Source of the DNA: Anaerolineae bacterium
GTDB lineage: Bacteria > Chloroflexota > Anaerolineae > B4-G1 > DUEL01
DNA length: 44,094 bases
Assembly (NCBI GenBank): GCA_041082215.1
Contig: JBDOIF010000095.1
Location: 1 to 44,094, forward strand
Direction of reading: 5' to 3'
Part shown: positions 39,573 to 44,094 of the stretch, piece after piece
Position numbering within the stretch: position 1 is the stretch's first letter
Layout of the letters: each line of letters starts with the position of its first letter
Notes under the pieces: model-generated
What the model was told of the DNA's origin: nothing
What the model saw: only the letters and a program-made list of their open reading frames with translations
The model's database searches: none
Made by a program: the position numbers and the translations under genes

Positions 39573-40010
39573 TTACCGCGCTTCCAGTTCCGATGTGCAG
39601 TGGGGACACCGCGTTGCTTTGAGAGGGATGGTCGAGAAGCAGTAGGGGCACTCCTTCGTATTCGGCTCGGGCGGCGGGGCCTCTTTTTTCAGCCGATTGA
39701 TCTGACGGACAAACAGGAAGATGACAAAGGCCACGATCAGGAAGTCCAGCACGGTGTTGATGAACAGGCCGTAGTTGATCGTGACGGCGCCGGCCGCCTG
39801 CGCTTCAGCCAGGGTGGCGTACTGGCCGCCGGAAAGATTGATAAAGAAATCAGAAAAGTCCACCCCACCCAGGAGCAGGCCGATGGGCGGCATCAGGATG
39901 TCGTTGACAAAGGAGGAGATGATCTTGCCGAAGGCCGCGCCGATGATAATGCCGACGGCCATGTCAATCGCGTTGCCCCGCATCGCGAACTCTTTGAACT
40001 CTCTCCACAT
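39573..40010 (-). CDS. mscL: Large-conductance mechanosensitive channel with C-terminal zinc-ribbon tail
   Basis: [37 protein letters not shown]...CPHC. Confidence 0.96.
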   Translation of the reverse strand: MWREFKEFAMRGNAIDMAVGIIIGAAFGKIISSFVNDILMPPIGLLLGGVDFSDFFINLSGGQYATLAEAQAAGAVTINYGLFINTVLDFLIVAFVIFLFVRQINRLKKEAPPPEPNTKECPYCFSTIPLKATRCPHCTSELEAR

Positions 40011-40090
40011 TGCCGGTTACCCCCTTTCTGTCTGGCGTTGCGACAGGCTCGTATGCTGATGATAACATAGAACCGGGATTTCGCCAATAT

Positions 40091-40116
40091 GTAGGACAAG
40101 CTTAAGCTTGTCCTAC
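40091..40116. repeat. Perfect 26-bp GTAG-type REP palindrome
   Basis: GTAGGACAAGCTTAAGCTTGTCCTAC; contains the stop codon of the 582-aa gene. Confidence 0.88.
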
Positions 40117-41861
40117 AGGAAAGTATAGACGGTCAACTGAAGAAGGCCGTGCACCGCCGTGAAGAAGAAAAACGAGGTGAAAAGCAGGCTATCCCCTCTG
40201 CGGCGCGAGAAGCGGAAGGTGGCGATAGCCGCAATGCAGGCTGTGGCCGCGGGGATCACCCATCGCAGGACCGGCCAGGGCAGGTCTGTGCGTGGGGGAA
40301 AGACAAAAGTCAGCGCTATCTCCAGCGCCAGTGCTGCGCCCAGCATCAGCCTGGAGCGAAGCCTTTCCAGCCCCTCCTCCCCTGTCGCCAGGTGGTAAAC
40401 CAGGAGCCCCATCAGCGGGAGGAGGGCCCACAGGACAAGCATCGGCACCACAGTCAGCACGACCGAGGAGAGCCGCAGGACGCCGCTGAATATGGCATCC
40501 GTCACGTCCCACAGTGTAAGGGCGTTATACGCATGCTTCACCTCCGGGGCCGTGCTGGCGTAGACGACCCGGTACTGCCCGAATCCCCCCGTCTCCAGCC
40601 AGGCCAGGTGAAGGTACAGATGCTCATCGGTGCAGATGGCCGGCTTGATGGAAGGTCGGGAGGAGGCAGAGACCAGATGCTCGCCCGGCAGCCTCAGGTC
40701 CAGGCCTTCCCATCCCAGGGACTGGCGCTCCTCTGCGCCTTTGGGGGCCGGGGCAAAGAGAGCGGATTGCCCTCCCTCCACCCGGGCCACCCCCCACACT
40801 TCATACTCCGGCGCCTGATCCCGTGCCAGCGCCAGCACAGCGACCTGAGGCCCCATCTGCCCCTCTTCCCCCCGCACCGTCTCGCTCAGGGCCACCAGCA
40901 GCACCGTCTCCTGCCCCTCCAGAGGCGACAACCCGGTAGGGCTTGCCCCGTACTCCAGGCGCACCGCCTTGACCCGCTTCTGACGGGGAAGGTCCAGAGG
41001 GAAGAAGGCATATCGGCCCTCCGAGGAGACCTCCCGGAGGTCCTGCACTGCCCACAGCACATAACCGGTCTCCAGGTCCAGCCCCACCTCCGGCCCTTCA
41101 ACGACCTGGCCGGTGCGGAGGAAGACAAGGGTGATCTCCTCAGGAGTGCCCATTTCGCCTGTGGTGAGGTCGAGGGCAGCGTAGTAGATCCCCTGGGTGC
41201 TCCCTCCCACCCTTTGCTGCCAGGCCAGGTGGAGGCGTCCCTGTCCGTCGCACTGCGCTGCCGGCGAACGGGCTTCGGGGACCAGGAGGGTCGGTGGGCG
41301 GAGGACCTCCCCTTCCTGGCTCAGCACGGCCCATCGGATGCCGGACCTGTCCGCCCATATCGCGTGGAGCCGGCCCTGCTCATCGCGGACCCATCGCGGG
41401 CGGTCGAGCGCCTCCTGCTGGGGGTCGGAGAGCATCTGTGGCTCCCGTATCGGCTCCCCGTCCTCCCTCAGCAGGGCGTAGTAGATGGCTCCCCGGCCCT
41501 CCCCCTCCTCCCGCCACAGGAGGTGGAGCCGGCCGTCGTCGCCTACCCGCAACTGGGGATCGCGGGCCTCCTCCGTTTCCAGCGGGAGGGTCCGGTTGAG
41601 GAGCACCTTCCCGTTCGCGCCGATGTGGGCCATCTCCAGCCGCCCCTCCATATTGGGCCAGACCAGGTATACCCCTCCCCCGGGGGCTGGCTGGATGGCC
41701 ACAGGGCGGCTTACCGGTGTCTGTCCGACCACCCGTCCCCGGCTCCATTCCTCTGACGCCCGGGGGGTCATTGGGGAGGTGTAGGAATAGGACCAGCCAA
41801 GCAGGGCAGCCAGGCCCAGCACCATCGCGCCGACAATCACCCAACGCATGTACCGTTTCAT
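40113..41861 (-). CDS. Membrane protein with extracellular beta-propeller-like domain
   Basis: N-terminal TM; repeats GRLHLLW, GRLHAIW, GRLHLAW, YLHLAW; about four C-terminal TM helices. Confidence 0.8.
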   Translation of the reverse strand: MKRYMRWVIVGAMVLGLAALLGWSYSYTSPMTPRASEEWSRGRVVGQTPVSRPVAIQPAPGGGVYLVWPNMEGRLEMAHIGANGKVLLNRTLPLETEEARDPQLRVGDDGRLHLLWREEGEGRGAIYYALLREDGEPIREPQMLSDPQQEALDRPRWVRDEQGRLHAIWADRSGIRWAVLSQEGEVLRPPTLLVPEARSPAAQCDGQGRLHLAWQQRVGGSTQGIYYAALDLTTGEMGTPEEITLVFLRTGQVVEGPEVGLDLETGYVLWAVQDLREVSSEGRYAFFPLDLPRQKRVKAVRLEYGASPTGLSPLEGQETVLLVALSETVRGEEGQMGPQVAVLALARDQAPEYEVWGVARVEGGQSALFAPAPKGAEERQSLGWEGLDLRLPGEHLVSASSRPSIKPAICTDEHLYLHLAWLETGGFGQYRVVYASTAPEVKHAYNALTLWDVTDAIFSGVLRLSSVVLTVVPMLVLWALLPLMGLLVYHLATGEEGLERLRSRLMLGAALALEIALTFVFPPRTDLPWPVLRWVIPAATACIAAIATFRFSRRRGDSLLFTSFFFFTAVHGLLQLTVYTFL

Positions 41862-41921
41862 CCTGCTTCCTTTCCCCCCAGGGACGCACTCATAGCGAGC
41901 AATTGCCTGCTCAACCCCTTA

Positions 41922-42013
41922 ACCCTCACCCTGCCCCCCCCCCGCCTGCGGCGGGCATCCCTTCCCCTCTCTCGCTCAGCGGGAGAGGGGAGCGGGTAGG
42001 GGGAGGGGTGAGG
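41922..42013. repeat. CCTCACCC-CCCTCTC...GAGAGGG-type intergenic palindromic repeat
   Basis: accctcaccc...cccctctctcgctcagcgggagagggg...ggggtgaggg; same family as 7732-7821. Confidence 0.72.
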
Positions 42014-42143
42014 GTTGTCCAGCTATTAGAGAAAAAGGGGGCAGGACATCGGTCCATACCCCCATTAACCCCGGCCTGCCCATTGAGCCCAGGGCGGCCC
42101 TGCTGGTTCCTGTCCTCGGGCAGAGCGCCTTCAGCAGATCGGG

Positions 42144-43139
42144 TTACGCCTCGGCCGCCAACCTGCGGGCTGCCCGTCTTGCTCGCCGTTTCCTCCGCCG
42201 GGCGGCGCTGACAAGGGCCGTGCCCCTCATCGTCGGGTCCAGGGCATCCCGCAGGCCGTCGCCCAGGAAGTTGAAAGCCAGCATCGTCAGCGTGATGGCC
42301 AGGCCCGGAAAGATGGTCAAATGGGGGGTTGCGCGGAGTCCCCGCCAGCCCTCGGAGACCATCTGGCCCCAGCTCGGGATGGGGGGCGGCACGCCCAGGC
42401 CGATGAAGCTGAGGGTGGCCTCGGTGAGGATCAGGCCCGGGATGCCCAGCGTCAGAGAGACGATCGCCGGCCCCAGGCTGTTCGGCAGCAGGTGGCGGGA
42501 GATGATGCGGCCGTGGCCTGCGCCGACCATTCGCGCTGCCAGCACATATTCCTTCTCCCGCAGGGAGAGGAACTGCCCCCGGATCAGCCGGGCCATCCCC
42601 ATCCAGCCCACCACGCCAATGGCGATGAAGATGTTGATCATGCCCTGGATGGCGTTTTCGGAGGGGAGGACCACCATGATCAGGATGATGAACAGGAGCG
42701 TGGGGAAGCCGTACATCACGTCCACGAAGCGCATCATCAGGTTATCCACCCGACCGCCGAGATAGCCGGAGATGGAGCCATAGGTGATGCCGATGATCAG
42801 GGATGTCAGCGAGCCGACGATGGCGACCGTCAGCGAGACCCGCGTGCCCCACCATACGCGGCTGAAGACATCCCGCCCCAGCTTATCCGTGCCGAAGATG
42901 TGGTCCGGCCAGCGGGGGCCGATCCGCACGTTCTGGTAGTCCGCCTCCCGGTAGCTGTACGGGGGGAGGAAATCCGCTGTCAGCGCGCAGAAGACGAGGA
43001 GGCCGACGAAAACCAGCCCAGCCACCGCCATCCGGTTGCGCAACAATCGGTGCCAGGCGTCCTGCCAGAGGCTCACACCCCGTTCGGCAAACTGGGCCTC
43101 TTCTTCCCGTCTGCGCCGTTCCGAAGCACTCAGATCCAT
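42144..43139 (-). CDS. oppC: Peptide/nickel ABC permease (OppC/DppC)
   Basis: SLWQDAWHRL, FGTDKLGRD, EYVLAARMVGA (EAA loop), HLLPN, GDGLRDALDP. Confidence 0.92.
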   Translation of the reverse strand: MDLSASERRRREEEAQFAERGVSLWQDAWHRLLRNRMAVAGLVFVGLLVFCALTADFLPPYSYREADYQNVRIGPRWPDHIFGTDKLGRDVFSRVWWGTRVSLTVAIVGSLTSLIIGITYGSISGYLGGRVDNLMMRFVDVMYGFPTLLFIILIMVVLPSENAIQGMINIFIAIGVVGWMGMARLIRGQFLSLREKEYVLAARMVGAGHGRIISRHLLPNSLGPAIVSLTLGIPGLILTEATLSFIGLGVPPPIPSWGQMVSEGWRGLRATPHLTIFPGLAITLTMLAFNFLGDGLRDALDPTMRGTALVSAARRRKRRARRAARRLAAEA

Positions 43140-43166
43140 AACTTGCTCCTTCCTCTCATTCCCCCA

Positions 43167-44094
43167 TTAATCGAACCGGATACGGGGGTCAATAAAGCCA
43201 TAGGCGATATCCACCAGCAGGTTGAACATCACCAGCGCCACCGAATAGATGAGGATGGTGCCCATGATCAGGGTGTAATCCCGGTCGGTGACAGCGCTGA
43301 CGAAGAACTTGCCGATGCCGCCGATGGAGAAGACCCATTCGACCAGGAAGGAACCGGTGAGCCAGGCTGCCATCATCGGGCCGAGCACGGTGGTCACCGG
43401 GATCAGCGAGTTCTTCAGCGCGTGTCGAAGGACCACCACCCGCTCCGCCAGCCCCTTCGCGCGGGCGGTGCGAATGTAGTCGGCGCGGATGACCTCGAGC
43501 ATCGAGGCGCGGGTGAGGCGGGCGATGAAGGCCATGCCGCCGGTGCCCAGCGTGATCGCTGGCATAATCACCTGCTTCCAGGATTCCCCCCAGCCGTAGG
43601 TGGGCAGCCACTCCAGCCAGAGGGCGAAGATCAGGATCAGCCCGATGCCGAGGATGAAGTTGGGGATCGAGACCCCCAGCATCGAGACGAACATGGCACT
43701 GTAGTCCACCCAGGTGTTCTGTTTCAGCGCCGATATGATGCCCAGCGGGATGCCGACGATCAGCGCTAATGTGATGGAAACCAGCCCCACCTGGGCCGAG
43801 ACCATCACTGGCGCCAGTGTGAGGAACCGTTTGACGGCCTCGAAGCGATCATACCAGGTGATGCCGATGTAGCCGATCACCTCCCCGTTCGTCCTCACCA
43901 CCAGCGCGCTGCGGTCGAAGAGGCCCGGCGATTCGGCAAAGGTCATCGAGCTGGCCTCTGTGCCAAAGGTGAGCGTCAGCCGTTCCCGCAGCACATCCAC
44001 CAGGGGGTTGCCGCCGAAGAGCATCTGGTTGACCGTCCGGCCCGGGCGCCGCAGCGACGGCCCGAAGTCCAGATGGAGGATCAGCCGGCCCATG
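43167..44094 (-). CDS. oppB: Peptide/nickel ABC permease (OppB/DppB), 5'-truncated by the window edge
   Basis: LDFGPS, ARLTRASMLE, DYIRTARAKGL, HALKN, RDY, IDPRI. Confidence 0.9.
   Translation of the reverse strand, partial: MGRLILHLDFGPSLRRPGRTVNQMLFGGNPLVDVLRERLTLTFGTEASSMTFAESPGLFDRSALVVRTNGEVIGYIGITWYDRFEAVKRFLTLAPVMVSAQVGLVSITLALIVGIPLGIISALKQNTWVDYSAMFVSMLGVSIPNFILGIGLILIFALWLEWLPTYGWGESWKQVIMPAITLGTGGMAFIARLTRASMLEVIRADYIRTARAKGLAERVVVLRHALKNSLIPVTTVLGPMMAAWLTGSFLVEWVFSIGGIGKFFVSAVTDRDYTLIMGTILIYSVALVMFNLLVDIAYGFIDPRIRFD

Overview
GC-rich bacterial chromosomal segment, most likely Chloroflexota (Anaerolineae-like; inferred from protein families and repeat style). It contains the replication-origin region: dnaA (minus strand) followed by a DnaA-box cluster with a recognisable unwinding module (tandem boxes, GC linker, DnaA-trios, AT-richer stretch). 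The usual neighbours dnaN and rpmH are absent, and a serine-palmitoyltransferase-like gene occupies the dnaN position. Housekeeping genes include tandem clpB-clpC, tilS, prfB (programmed +1 frameshift at a variant CTT-TGA-A site), mscL, rocD, oppBC, a lactate permease, a RACo/ASKHA corrinoid activator, a GH38 and a clan-A glycosidase, and a MalT-like STAND/BTAD regulator. The best candidate for an undescribed system is a lipid-type module: an operon of an orphan 'quinate 5-dehydrogenase'-labelled protein, a MobA-like nucleotidyltransferase and a PAP2 phosphatase, with the SPT-like enzyme, DegV and an enoyl-ACP-reductase-like SDR nearby. The window also carries several families of short palindromic or periodic repeats that supply stop codons, sit in 5' leaders and enter coding sequence, an unlisted 54-aa Arg-rich gene with a structured leader, and several structured UTRs. 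No rRNA, tRNA, CRISPR array or transposase was found. Family assignments come from motif recognition; no database searches were run.
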